Part shown: positions 1 through 9,824 of the stretch, in pieces | Position numbering within the stretch: position 1 is the stretch's first letter | How the letters are laid out: each line of letters begins with the position of its first letter | Origin: Candidatus Bathyarchaeia archaeon | Lineage (GTDB): Archaea > Thermoproteota > Bathyarchaeia > Bathyarchaeales > Bathycorpusculaceae | Reading direction: 5' to 3' | NCBI GenBank assembly: GCA_038883715.1 | Contig: JAVZLS010000015.1 | Coordinates: 1 to 29,934 of the forward strand | DNA: 29,934 bases | Program-made: the position numbers and the translations under genes | Notes under the pieces: generated by a model | The model's input: the letters and a program-made list of their open reading frames with translations, nothing else | Databases searched by the model: none | Told to the model about the DNA's origin: nothing

Positions 1-57
1 CGCCAAAAGTATGCCTTGACCGCCAACGCCGGCAAGAACAATGTTAAACTCCTTCAT
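1..57 (-). CDS. iorB: Indolepyruvate:ferredoxin oxidoreductase beta subunit, N-terminus (runs off window edge)
   Basis: Not in the ORF track. The minus strand reads MKEFNIVLAGVGGQGILLA, with the GVGGQG motif of IorB, directly after the iorA stop. An alternative in-frame ATG is at 69. Confidence 0.85.
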   Translation of the reverse strand, partial: MKEFNIVLAGVGGQGILLA

Positions 58-71
58 TCCGCGTGTCATCC

Positions 72-1949
72 TCACACTTGTTTTGCTGGTTCTATGGCTT
101 TGTATGGGCAAACATGGGCGCATAAACTGCAGCCCACACAGATATTTTCGCTTATAGCTACAGCCTTATCATCTTTAAGGACTATTGCTGGGCAACCTAA
201 CAACTTTATGCACGCCATGCAGTTTGTACATTTCTCATTTATCCTAAAAGGCACAATTTCTAAGCCTTTGCGTCTCTTCTCTCTGGCAAGCATTAGAGCA
301 CATGGCGCCCTAAAAATGATAAGGGAGGTTTCGGGGAACTGTAAAGCCTCTTTTAGGATTTTCTCGGCTTCTCCAACATCGAAGGGGTCAACGACTCTTA
401 CAAATTTTACTCCACAACCCTCTGCAACCTTCTCGATTGCTATGGGTTCTGTTGGTGTTTGCATGCCCGTCATTCCGGTTCCTGGATGCGGTTGGTGTCC
501 AGTCATTGCTGTTGTTAGGTTGTCTAAAACCGCGACCACAAGCCTATGTCTATTGTAAACGGCGTTTAGAAGCCTTGGAATCCCAGCGTGAAAGAAGGTT
601 GAGTCCCCAATTATTGCAATAGTATTCGTCCCGGTCGTCTTGCTTATACCTTGGGCTGTTCCTATTCCGGCACCCATGCAGACGAGGATGTCGCCAATTT
701 TTAGGGGTGGAGCTATTCCTAAGGCGTAACAGCCAATGTCCGTTGGATATATTGCCCCTTCGCCGGCAACCCTCTTCATGACGTAGAAGGAAGCTCTGTG
801 GGGGCATCCGGCACACAAGATTGGAGGTCTAGGCGGAATTCCTTTGGAGACTTCGTTGTAGCGTTTGGCTAAACTTTCAAATTCTATTGGAATTTTTCTG
901 CCGGTTATTGTGGCTAGTCCCTTCAAAACTTGGCTTGTGGAAAGTTCACCAGACCTTGGAAAATACCGCTTACCAAAAACCTCTGTTAAGGGGGCATGGT
1001 CCTTTGCAATAGCCTTAACATGAAGCTCAAGGTAGGGTTCAAGCTCCTCAACAACTACGACTTTGCTGTGCTCTTTCAAGAATTTTCCAATCATCTTTTC
1101 CGGAAGCGGATGGGTCATCCCAAGCTTTAAGACGTCAACATCTAAGCCTAAAATTCCGGCGGCTTCAACCGCGTAGTTGCAGGCTGAGCTTGACGAGATT
1201 ATGCCGTATTCCTTGTCTTTCCCTCCAGGATTTATTGTGTTGTATGGAGAGTTTTCTGTTATTTCCTTCGCCCTTTCCATCTGCTGTAAAAGGATGTCGT
1301 GTCTTGGTCTTGCGTTGGCTGGAACCATGACCAAACGTTTAACATCTCGGATAAATTCGCCCTTCAAACTAGGCTTTGCCAGTTTTCCAAGGGTGACTGG
1401 CGCCCTTGTGTGGCTTACGCGAGTGGTTGTCCGCATTATAACTGGAAGCTCAAGTTTTTCCGAAATCTCAATGGCATAAGCCACCATGTCCTTTGCTTCT
1501 TGTGGGTTTGATGGTTCAAGGCATGGTAGATTGGAAAGCAGAGCGTATAGTCGGCTGTCTTGTTCGTTCTGTGAACTGTAACATTCTGGGTCATCGGCAG
1601 CCACGATAACTAATCCGCCCCTGACACCGGTGTAAGCCAAAGTCATTAACGCGTCTGCAGCCACATTTAAGCCCACATGCTTCATGGCTGCAAGGGCCCT
1701 AACTCCACAGTTGGCAGCCCCACCAGCCACTTCAACAGCAACAATTTCGTTGACAGAATATTCCATGTAAACGCCAGCCTCTTGGGCTATGGCGGAAACC
1801 GTATCGCCGATTTCGGAGGCTGGCGTCCCAGGGTAAGTGGTGACAACACCTATGCCCGATTCCAGCACCCCGCGGGCGATAGCCTCATTACCAAGTAATA
1901 GAACACGCTTTCCAGGTTCATCCTTCAATAATATGTGGGGGTCTGGCAT
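72..1949 (-). CDS. iorA: Indolepyruvate:ferredoxin oxidoreductase alpha subunit
   Basis: Motifs LLGNEAIARG, YPGTPASE, MKHVGLNVAAD, CAGCPHR, DIGCY and TPP-binding GDSTFFH, plus two C-terminal 4Fe-4S motifs. ATG 1949 follows GGAG; the ORF is open to TTG 1964. Confidence 0.95.
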   Translation of the reverse strand: MPDPHILLKDEPGKRVLLLGNEAIARGVLESGIGVVTTYPGTPASEIGDTVSAIAQEAGVYMEYSVNEIVAVEVAGGAANCGVRALAAMKHVGLNVAADALMTLAYTGVRGGLVIVAADDPECYSSQNEQDSRLYALLSNLPCLEPSNPQEAKDMVAYAIEISEKLELPVIMRTTTRVSHTRAPVTLGKLAKPSLKGEFIRDVKRLVMVPANARPRHDILLQQMERAKEITENSPYNTINPGGKDKEYGIISSSSACNYAVEAAGILGLDVDVLKLGMTHPLPEKMIGKFLKEHSKVVVVEELEPYLELHVKAIAKDHAPLTEVFGKRYFPRSGELSTSQVLKGLATITGRKIPIEFESLAKRYNEVSKGIPPRPPILCAGCPHRASFYVMKRVAGEGAIYPTDIGCYALGIAPPLKIGDILVCMGAGIGTAQGISKTTGTNTIAIIGDSTFFHAGIPRLLNAVYNRHRLVVAVLDNLTTAMTGHQPHPGTGMTGMQTPTEPIAIEKVAEGCGVKFVRVVDPFDVGEAEKILKEALQFPETSLIIFRAPCALMLAREKRRKGLEIVPFRINEKCTNCMACIKLLGCPAIVLKDDKAVAISENICVGCSLCAHVCPYKAIEPAKQV

Positions 1950-2076
1950 TAGCGCCTTCTCCAACAGTTAGAGAACCCATTAGCCTTACGCTTTCAGATA
2001 TAACTTTTGGTGAACTTAAAACGTTGCAAACATAACAAAAACAAGGGAATAAAGGGGAAATAATGTTTACAACACT

Positions 2077-2859
2077 TTATTTACCCTTAAACACGGGTTT
2101 TCTCTTTTCAATGAAGGCTGAGACGCCCTCTTGGAGGTCTTCTGTTGAGGCTACAACGCCGAAGCCCTCCCTTTCCAAGGCTATTGCAGCGTCAAGGCTT
2201 ATTTCAGCACCTTTATTTATCAAGGCTTTAGCCACTTTAAGGGCTACTGGAGCCTTTTGGGCAAGTTCTAGGGCGAATTGGCGAACCGCCTCCCTAAACT
2301 TTTCCTGCGAAACAACCATGTTCACAAGCCCGAGCTGTTCGGCAGTTTTTGCATCAATCATTTTCCCTGTGAAAATCAGCTCCTTAGCTTTTGTCGTGCC
2401 AATTAAGCGTGTCAATCTTTGGGTTCCACCCCATCCCGGAATCAGGCCTATGTTTATTTCTGTTTGCCCCATCCTAGCATTTTCAGAAGCGATGCGAAGG
2501 TCACATGCCATTGCAACCTCTAAGCCTCCGCCTAGCGCGTATCCGTTTATAGCGGCTATGACTGGCTTTTCAAGATTTTCTAGGGCTGAACAGAGCTTTT
2601 CGCCCATCTGGGAGAGTTCCCGTGCTTTTAGGGCGTTCATCCCCTTCATGGCTTTTATGTCAGCGCCAGCAGAAAACGCCTTTTCGCCGGCGCCGGTCAA
2701 AACGACAACCCGCACATTTTCATCAGCCCGCACATCATCAAGGGCTTGCATAATTTCGCTGACCACTTCGGCGTTGAAGGCGTTTAGTGCCTCTGGCCTG
2801 TTTATCGTTATTGTGGCTATGCCCTCGCTTTTCTCGTACATAATGTACTTAAACTCCAA
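2077..2859 (-). CDS. crt: Enoyl-CoA hydratase / crotonase
   Basis: Crotonase motifs FSAGADI, GYALGGGLE and EINIGLIPGWGGTQRL. Confidence 0.93.
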   Translation of the reverse strand: MEFKYIMYEKSEGIATITINRPEALNAFNAEVVSEIMQALDDVRADENVRVVVLTGAGEKAFSAGADIKAMKGMNALKARELSQMGEKLCSALENLEKPVIAAINGYALGGGLEVAMACDLRIASENARMGQTEINIGLIPGWGGTQRLTRLIGTTKAKELIFTGKMIDAKTAEQLGLVNMVVSQEKFREAVRQFALELAQKAPVALKVAKALINKGAEISLDAAIALEREGFGVVASTEDLQEGVSAFIEKRKPVFKGK

Positions 2860-2883
2860 TTGCGCCTATCCTCCCTTTTTCAA

Positions 2884-3750
2884 TTATTTCTGCGCCCAAT
2901 CATAGAAGCCTTTGCCAGTTTTTCTTCCCAGCAGGTTGGCCTTAACCATCTGCTTCAATCCCGGATGCGGGTGAAACTTTGGGTCAAGCTCCCTTTCAAG
3001 AACCTCTGCTATGGCTAAAGTTGTATCCGCGCCAATGTAGTCTAACAGCATTAGAGGCCCCATAGGCCAGTTCAGTCCAAGCTTAATAGCCTTGTCAATG
3101 TCGTCTCTGTCCGCCACACCCTCCCAGTAGAGGGCCACAGCCTCATTCAAAGCTGGTATCAATATGCGGTTAACAATGAAGCCCGGACAATCTTTCTTGA
3201 CCAGAACTGTTTCTTTTTGCATTTTATGAGCGACGTCCAAAACTGTCTGCACAGTCTCATCTGAGGTTTTGGCGCCCCTTATCACTTCCACAAGTTTCAT
3301 TAACTGCGGCGGGTTAAAGAAGTGCATCCCACAAACCTTTTCTGGGCGCTTTGTTGCTGAGCCGAGTTCTGTTATGCTTATGGAAGAGGTGTTTGAGGCT
3401 ATTATGGTGTGGGGAGGTGCCAACGCATCCACTTCGCGGAAAGTTGCCTTTTTCAGTTCAACGTTTTCTGGAATAGCCTCGATGACTAAGTCGGCTTCTG
3501 AAACAGCCTCCCGCAAATCTGTTGTTGGATGTATCCTAGCCAAGGTTTCGTTTAAATCCGCCTCTGTTATCTGCCCTTTACTGAGGAATTTCTGAAGGCT
3601 GTTGCGGATCATGTTCATGCCGTTGTCCAAAAACTTCTGCTCAATATCCCGCAGGTAAACCTCGTACTTGCCAACTTGGGCAGCCACCTGCGCAATGCCG
3701 TGACCCATCAAACCAGCGCCTAGAACGGCTATCCTTTTAACTTCAACCAA
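2884..3750 (-). CDS. hbd: 3-hydroxyacyl-CoA (3-hydroxybutyryl-CoA) dehydrogenase
   Basis: Rossmann motif GAGLMGHG, plus SNTSS, GMHFFNP, PGFIVNR and GRKTGKGFY. Confidence 0.93.
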   Translation of the reverse strand: MVEVKRIAVLGAGLMGHGIAQVAAQVGKYEVYLRDIEQKFLDNGMNMIRNSLQKFLSKGQITEADLNETLARIHPTTDLREAVSEADLVIEAIPENVELKKATFREVDALAPPHTIIASNTSSISITELGSATKRPEKVCGMHFFNPPQLMKLVEVIRGAKTSDETVQTVLDVAHKMQKETVLVKKDCPGFIVNRILIPALNEAVALYWEGVADRDDIDKAIKLGLNWPMGPLMLLDYIGADTTLAIAEVLERELDPKFHPHPGLKQMVKANLLGRKTGKGFYDWAQK

Positions 3751-3857
3751 ACTTGTTCACCATCCAAGATAGAAGACTAAATTGTTATGAAGACTGTTAA
3801 AAGATTTTCCAGCTCCTTACATTTCCAAAGCATGCCAAGTGCTAAGCTAATGAAACA

Positions 3858-4751
3858 TCAAGTATTCTTTGTTTTGAGCACCATGGCTGCGCTTAAAAGA
3901 ATAAGTCCAACACCCACATAGCGGATTTGAGAAATGTACTGTTGGAGAAGCAGCACCGCCCAAAGATTGTGCAGCAGAGGGTCTAAAAGCAAAATTGTTC
4001 CCTCAGTTGTCGGCGGAACCTCGCTTGGCTTTACATAATTCAATAAGCCGTAGGGAAGAGCCGTGCTAAATGAGGCAAACAAAACTAATAGGGCTAGTTG
4101 ATAAGAGTTTGGCAATACAAACCCTATTAAACCAGTGTTTTTCGTGAAAAAGCTTAGAATCATTCCTAAAAACAGCGAAGACGGCGCCGCAAATAAAAAT
4201 GTGTTAAATAAGCCTTGAAGGGGCGTGTAATCTGCTTTCCTCATCCTTTTTATATAAAGGTAGACAGAGTAGAAGAAGCCGCCGAGCAGGGCGAATCCTA
4301 AGCCACCAACGTTGAGGCTTGGAAGTGGCTCCGTGACCACCCCACTTACAAGAAAGACTCCGACCACCCCCATGGCTATTGCCACAATCTTCTTTGAAGT
4401 CATCTTCTCTTTTCGAGAAACGGTAGCCAAAATTGCTGTGAAGAAAGGCTGCATGTAGATCAAGGCTGTGGCGACTGCTATGGGGCATCCAAACACAATT
4501 GAGGACAGACCTGAAAACAAGAAGCCCGAAAAAACCAAGCCGGATAAGGCGAAGTATTGCAGGTCCTCTTTTTTTAGTTTGAATTTACCTCTAATTAGCA
4601 CGAAAATTAACGGAAGAGCCAATGTTATGCGGGAGAAAGCTTGCTGCAGACTTGAGACTCCAGCGTTTTTAAGAAGAGTTGAAAGAACAAGGATGAAGCT
4701 GAAACAGAAGCACACTAGAATTAGTAGGGCATGGCTTCTTGTGAAACCCAC
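3858..4751 (-). CDS. EamA/DMT family transporter
   Basis: 297 aa with about 10 hydrophobic segments and a two-repeat DMT pattern (ATALIYMQPFFTAIL..KEK). Confidence 0.8.
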   Translation of the reverse strand: MGFTRSHALLILVCFCFSFILVLSTLLKNAGVSSLQQAFSRITLALPLIFVLIRGKFKLKKEDLQYFALSGLVFSGFLFSGLSSIVFGCPIAVATALIYMQPFFTAILATVSRKEKMTSKKIVAIAMGVVGVFLVSGVVTEPLPSLNVGGLGFALLGGFFYSVYLYIKRMRKADYTPLQGLFNTFLFAAPSSLFLGMILSFFTKNTGLIGFVLPNSYQLALLVLFASFSTALPYGLLNYVKPSEVPPTTEGTILLLDPLLHNLWAVLLLQQYISQIRYVGVGLILLSAAMVLKTKNT

Positions 4752-4793
4752 TTACGCTTTTCTCCGCATTAGCAAAGCGCTGTGGCGGTTTCC

Positions 4794-5960
4794 CTAATAG
4801 GATTTTGGCAGTCCCAAGACATGTTGCCCTATGAAGGCTAAGGCCATTTGATGCGTAACCGGAGCCAGCCTAATGAGGTTTATTTCTCGCCACCACCTTT
4901 CCACGTCGTATTCCACGGCATAGCCGTATCCGCCAAAGGTCTGCATTGCATGGTAAACCGCCATAGTTCCAGCTTCAACGGCTGCTACTTTGGCCATGTT
5001 GGCTTCCGCCCCACATTCTTGTCCGCGGTCATAGAGCCATGCAGCCTTATAGTTTAGGAGTCTCGCAGCCTCGATTTTTGCCTTGGCTTCGGCTAGTGGG
5101 AACTGTATGGCTTGATGCGCCCCTATGGGCGCGTCGAAAACTCTTCTTTCTTTTGCGTATTCAACAGCCTTTTTGATGGCTAGTAGTCCTAAGCCGCATG
5201 CCGCCGCTGAAAAGGACATGCGCTCCGGGTTAAGCGTATCCAAAAGCAGGTACCAGCCCTTCTCGGGTTCGCCTAAAACATTTTCCTGTGGAACCCGTAG
5301 GTCACTTATGTAAACCTCAAAGGTTTTTGAGTAATTTATTCCATGCTTCTCGATGGGGATTATTTCAACGGCTGGATTTGGCAAATCCACAAGGAAAAGC
5401 GTCAAGCCCAAGGTTCTTTTGGGCGCTTTATCAATTGGTGTCGTTCTAGTGACTAGAAGCATCCCTTTGGCTCTGTCCGCCCCAGATATGAAGATTTTCT
5501 GACCGTTAATCACGTATTCGCCATTTTGCTTAACAGCCATGGTTTTAATGTTTAGAGTGTTTGTCCCGGCATCCGGTTCTGTTAGGGCTAGGCAGAACTC
5601 CATCCCCTTTGCAATTTTTGGCAAGTACTTCTCTTTTTGGGCTTCGTTGCCGTGCTTCACTATGGATAGGCCGCCGAAAACCGCTGAAAGGCACAGAAAC
5701 CATTCTCCAGCAAGCCCACAGCCCTCTGAAACTAGGGTTTCCATGGCCAGCAGCATTTCGAACATGCCCATTCCGCTTCCGCCATACTTTTCCGGGATAA
5801 CTATGCCTGGGAAACCCGCGTCAACAAGGCTTTTCCAAAAGTCTTCTGGAAACTCGTGTTTCCGGTCTTTTTCACGCCAATATTCTGGGCCATAGTCTCG
5901 GGCAATTTCAGTGGCTGTTTCAACTATCATTTTCTGTTCCGAGGTTAATTCAAAATCCAT
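4794..5960 (-). CDS. Acyl-CoA dehydrogenase
   Basis: Motifs LTEPDAGT, INGQKIFIS, LNPER, R.VF..PI..HQAIQ and GGYGY. Confidence 0.95.
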   Translation of the reverse strand: MDFELTSEQKMIVETATEIARDYGPEYWREKDRKHEFPEDFWKSLVDAGFPGIVIPEKYGGSGMGMFEMLLAMETLVSEGCGLAGEWFLCLSAVFGGLSIVKHGNEAQKEKYLPKIAKGMEFCLALTEPDAGTNTLNIKTMAVKQNGEYVINGQKIFISGADRAKGMLLVTRTTPIDKAPKRTLGLTLFLVDLPNPAVEIIPIEKHGINYSKTFEVYISDLRVPQENVLGEPEKGWYLLLDTLNPERMSFSAAACGLGLLAIKKAVEYAKERRVFDAPIGAHQAIQFPLAEAKAKIEAARLLNYKAAWLYDRGQECGAEANMAKVAAVEAGTMAVYHAMQTFGGYGYAVEYDVERWWREINLIRLAPVTHQMALAFIGQHVLGLPKSY

Positions 5961-6052
5961 GATATCACAACCAGTCTCACATTTTCCAGAAGTCGCTATA
6001 AAATGCTTTCCTAGAGGAAATGCAAAACAAATTGAAAAAGAAGGGTTTACGC

Positions 6053-6862
6053 CTATTTACCTTGTCCGGGTCTTGGTATGTAAATTCCGTGGGGGTCTAT
6101 GGCCCTTAAAATGGTTAGTTCTTCATATGTTGGCGGCTCTGTTGTTGGCACATGCTCCGGTATAATCAAGTCGAATCCCGTGTTTTCCATAATCTCTTGC
6201 AGAGTAACTCCTGGATGGATGGTGGCAAGTCTAATCCTCTTTGTTTCTGGGTCAAAGTCCATTTGGCAGAGGTTTGTAACCACGAGGGATGGCCCACCGC
6301 CCAGCAAGCCAGCCTTTTCTCTTGCTCCTGGGCCGTCCAAGTAGCCTGGACTTGTTAGGTAGTCGAGTTTCTTCACCATTTTCCGCTTTTCATGGGTCAT
6401 TATTATGACGATGCGTTTTGCTGATGAGACTATGTCGTTTCCGCCGCCGCTCCCTGGAAGCCGCACTGTTGGGTGTTTGAAGTCGCCTATATATGTGGTG
6501 TTTATGTTTCCATACTCGTCTATTTGGGCGGCTCCCACAAAGCCAACATCTACGTGTCCGCCTTGAAGAAGAAGTCCCAACGTTTCGATTAGGCCTATGG
6601 CTGCTGAAGCCCTATAACCAAGCCTAGAGTCGGCTATTGATAGGGCTATGTCTATGGCGTTTGAGTCTATGAAGCCAGCCTCATAAACTATTTTGGCCTT
6701 GGGCGCATGGGTTCTTTTTGCAAGCATCGCGGCTATCATGGGCAAGCCTGTTCCAACGAAAACTACTTCGCCATTTTTTATGGCCCTGGCTCCACAAACT
6801 GCCATAAGCTCGAGAGTTGTGAACTCGCCAGGTTTTGCATAATTCTTCTTTTCCATAGGCAT
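6053..6862 (-). CDS. Family I CoA-transferase beta subunit (GctB-like)
   Basis: Motifs VFVGTGLP, YEAG (catalytic Glu position), GAAQIDEYGNIN and RLPGSGGGND. Confidence 0.88.
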   Translation of the reverse strand: MPMEKKNYAKPGEFTTLELMAVCGARAIKNGEVVFVGTGLPMIAAMLAKRTHAPKAKIVYEAGFIDSNAIDIALSIADSRLGYRASAAIGLIETLGLLLQGGHVDVGFVGAAQIDEYGNINTTYIGDFKHPTVRLPGSGGGNDIVSSAKRIVIIMTHEKRKMVKKLDYLTSPGYLDGPGAREKAGLLGGGPSLVVTNLCQMDFDPETKRIRLATIHPGVTLQEIMENTGFDLIIPEHVPTTEPPTYEELTILRAIDPHGIYIPRPGQGK

Positions 6863-6867
6863 CTCCC

Positions 6868-7779
6868 CTAGTATGGGAAGGGTTTTTTGGCTCTAAGCTT
6901 TAGGAGGCGTTCCATACCTATCTTCTTGAGGAACTCCATGTGGTCCTCAACTCCAGTGATGTATTCTTCGCAGTATTTTTGCCATCCCTCCTCTGTTTTG
7001 CACTGCTGGTAGTACATACGCACATGTTCCATGTCATAGTCGTAGTAGTTGTAAACCATCATCGGGTATGCTCCCCACGGGCATTCCACAACGTAGTCCA
7101 CGTAAATGTTTGGAATCGCCGTCTGGTCTGGTTGTGAACGTATGAATTCTGTGTCAACTATTTCTTCGGCTAAAACAATCACTTTTTTGCCAGCCCTCGC
7201 GCCCTCCACGTCCTCGCCTTTAATGCCGTCTATTTGGGCGTTGCCTTCCCTATCCACACGGGAGACATGCACAATGCTGAAGTCTGGACGCACAGACGGC
7301 ACAAGCACAACCTTCTCGCCTGTGAAGGGGCAAGTTATAACTTCAGCCTTTTTAGGTCTGAATTTTGTTTTTGTAAGAAGGTCTGTTCCAAGCATGCTTT
7401 TCAAGGGCATGAATGGGACTCCAAGCGCCCCGCCAAGAAAGCGCAGAGCCATGGCCAAATTCGTATAATCTTCAATTTGAACAGTTCCTTCGCGTATTCT
7501 CCGCTGGATGTTTGGAGCCAACCCTATGCCCTCTATTGCGAAAAAGGCTAGTTCAAAGTGGGAAACCACGTATGCCCCCGCAAGTATGTCAATGTCCATC
7601 TCTGAACCACATGTGTAAATTGTTAGGTTTCGCTTTTTCTGCCTCACAAGCTCGTGGGCGAAAGCCATTGGCGGTCTCTGAAAGCCGAAGCCTCCCCAGA
7701 AGAGATGCGCCCCATCAGGAATTAGTTTCGCCGCCTCTTTAAGGGTTATCCGCTTATCCTCCACCGGCGCCTCCACCAA
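6868..7779 (-). CDS. Family I CoA-transferase alpha subunit (GctA-like)
   Basis: Motifs GGFGFQRPPMAF, LRFLGGALGVPFMP and CPFTGEKVVLVP..PD...VH. The start is uncertain: the ORF is open to 7812, but the GAGGTG RBS favours about 7779. Confidence 0.88.
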   Translation of the reverse strand: MVEAPVEDKRITLKEAAKLIPDGAHLFWGGFGFQRPPMAFAHELVRQKKRNLTIYTCGSEMDIDILAGAYVVSHFELAFFAIEGIGLAPNIQRRIREGTVQIEDYTNLAMALRFLGGALGVPFMPLKSMLGTDLLTKTKFRPKKAEVITCPFTGEKVVLVPSVRPDFSIVHVSRVDREGNAQIDGIKGEDVEGARAGKKVIVLAEEIVDTEFIRSQPDQTAIPNIYVDYVVECPWGAYPMMVYNYYDYDMEHVRMYYQQCKTEEGWQKYCEEYITGVEDHMEFLKKIGMERLLKLRAKKPFPY

Positions 7780-7836
7780 CAAAGACACCTCTAATACTAT
7801 TTTATGTTCCAAATTTAAATCTTCGAAGACTTCGAT

Positions 7837-8382
7837 TTAAAGTTCTAGAGGAACACCATAGGATTCTTTGAAGAATATTTCGTTGAAGGCTTTTCTAGGT
7901 CTTGCTGGAGGTTCTTCGTCTGGAACACCTATTGGAAGCAACGCTATGACGGCTAAATCCTCTGGAACTTTAAGAATCTTTTTAACCTCTTCTTCGTTGA
8001 AGGCCCCAATCCAACATGTTCCGTATCCAAGAGCTGTCGCTGCTAAAACCATATGCTCAACCGCGATCATGGGATCTTGCTTGTACGGTATTCTGGTTGC
8101 GGATAGCGTGTATGGAAGCTTTGTAGGCGATGCCTTAGGGTCTCCTAATGCAACAATAATTACATCAGCATCCGCCATAAACATCTGATTGTTTGAAGCG
8201 GCGGCCAACACCTTCTTCGTTTCTATTTCTCTTACAACTATAAAGTACCATGGCTGACGATTTCCGCCAGAAGGTGCTAGGCGTCCAGCTTCAAGAATTT
8301 TTCTTAAATCTTCTTTAGGTATCGGGATAGGCTTAAACTTTCTTACGCTTCTCCGTTTCTCTATGACCTCGAACAAATCCAT
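7837..8382 (-). CDS. Nitroreductase family protein
   Basis: Motifs RRSVRKF, APSGGNRQPWYFIVV and LGYGTCWIG. Confidence 0.92.
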   Translation of the reverse strand: MDLFEVIEKRRSVRKFKPIPIPKEDLRKILEAGRLAPSGGNRQPWYFIVVREIETKKVLAAASNNQMFMADADVIIVALGDPKASPTKLPYTLSATRIPYKQDPMIAVEHMVLAATALGYGTCWIGAFNEEEVKKILKVPEDLAVIALLPIGVPDEEPPARPRKAFNEIFFKESYGVPLEL

Positions 8383-8424
8383 AAATTCTCACTTTCAGCT
8401 TATTATCTTTTGAAATGCTGAATT

Positions 8425-8434
8425 CTTATATAAG
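8425..8434. promoter_or_regulatory. Palindromic TATA element (CTTATATAAG) between divergent genes
   Basis: Perfect 10-bp palindrome in the 100-bp divergent intergenic region; it reads as a TATA box on both strands. Confidence 0.45.
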
Positions 8435-8492
8435 TGCTTGCGAAATAACATGATGCGTTTAGTGTCCGTTTACTTGTTGGAATGTGATGCTC

Positions 8493-9824
8493 ATGCGGAA
8501 AACAATCTTCAAGAAGCTTGAGGCTCAGGGGGTTATAGCCAACTACAACCGTTTGAGGAAAAACCTCCCGCCAAGGCTTCCCGACAGAGTTTATATTTGG
8601 GATGAAACTTTACGGGAGGGTGTTGAAACTCCAACAGTTTTCTTAACTTATGTAGAGAAGGTTAAGTTGGCAAAGCTTTTGGATGAAGCTGGCGTTTCCA
8701 TCATAACTGTTGGTTTTCCAGCGCTTTCAGATGAGGAAAAGAACACTGTTAGGAGGATAGCCAACGAGGGTTTCCAGCAAGCCAGCATAGCCGCCTCCGC
8801 AAGAGCCACTAAAAGCGACGTAGACGTGTGCCTTGACTGCGGCGTTAAGGAAATAGTCATCTTCACGCCCTTCAATGGGCTTAACCTCCAGTATAGGCTT
8901 AAAATGTCAAAAGAGCAGGTCCTAAGAAACACCGTGGAGTGCATTGAATATGCCAAAAGGCACGGCGTAACCGTCAACTTTGTTTTGGAGGATGCTTCAA
9001 GAACGCCTTTGCCAGACATCCTACAAATTTTTGAAGCTGCCGTGAAGGCTGGTGCTGACAGGCTTGTGATTGCCGACACCGTTGGCTTTTTAAGACCTTT
9101 GTCTACGCGTTATCTTATTTCCCATGTGAGGGATGGACTTCAACAAGCACTAGGGAAGGATATTACACTCTCTATCCATTGCCACAACGATTTTGGATTA
9201 GCCACAGCAAACACCTTGGCAGCCGTTGAGGAGGGCGTAGCCTACGTGCACACATGCCTTGTAGGTTTCGGCGAGAGGGCTGGTGTAGCCCCCTTAGAGG
9301 AGGTTGTTGCCGCCCTAGAACTTCTATACGACATAGATACGGGCGTTGACATGAAGAAGCTTTATAGGCTTGCCCAACAAGCGGAGAAAAGCTTCGCCTT
9401 GCCAATACAGTTTCATAAGCCAATTGTTGGCGAAAACGCCTTTTCCTACGAGGTTGACGAGCACGTCGAGGGAATGCTTGCCCACCCACTGCTTTTTGAG
9501 CCTTTTCCGCCTGAAATGATTGAGAGGGAAACACAGTTCTATATAGGGAGAACTGGTGGAAGGCGCCTCGTTGAAAAGAGGCTTGAAATGGCTGGTATAA
9601 AGGCTACACCATGGCAGATTGACGAAATAGTCAGAAGGATAAGAAGCTTGCAAGAAAGCCTAGACAAGGGCGGAACACAAATGACCTTCTACCAAATCAA
9701 GAAGCTTATGAAGGAACTTCGCAGAGGCTTAACCGAGGAGGATTTCTGGCGCATAGTTGAGCAGGTTACGAGACAAAAGCCGAAAATTCCACAGCAGCCC
9801 TTGCTAGAGGCAAAAGGACCTTAA
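8493..9824 (+). CDS. Homocitrate/isopropylmalate/citramalate synthase family (DRE-TIM metallolyase), divergent
   Basis: Motifs DETLREG, ADTVG, HCHNDFGLATAN, GFGERAG and KPIVGENAF. Several other conserved positions are altered. Alternative starts at 8484 and 8487. Confidence 0.8.
   Translation: MRKTIFKKLEAQGVIANYNRLRKNLPPRLPDRVYIWDETLREGVETPTVFLTYVEKVKLAKLLDEAGVSIITVGFPALSDEEKNTVRRIANEGFQQASIAASARATKSDVDVCLDCGVKEIVIFTPFNGLNLQYRLKMSKEQVLRNTVECIEYAKRHGVTVNFVLEDASRTPLPDILQIFEAAVKAGADRLVIADTVGFLRPLSTRYLISHVRDGLQQALGKDITLSIHCHNDFGLATANTLAAVEEGVAYVHTCLVGFGERAGVAPLEEVVAALELLYDIDTGVDMKKLYRLAQQAEKSFALPIQFHKPIVGENAFSYEVDEHVEGMLAHPLLFEPFPPEMIERETQFYIGRTGGRRLVEKRLEMAGIKATPWQIDEIVRRIRSLQESLDKGGTQMTFYQIKKLMKELRRGLTEEDFWRIVEQVTRQKPKIPQQPLLEAKGP

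Noticed and set aside
2063-2905. 280-aa plus-strand ORF and the many other antisense ORFs (e.g. 16-558, 8648-9079, 20089-20980)
   Set aside because: They are shadows of well-supported genes on the opposite strand and have no motifs or RBS.
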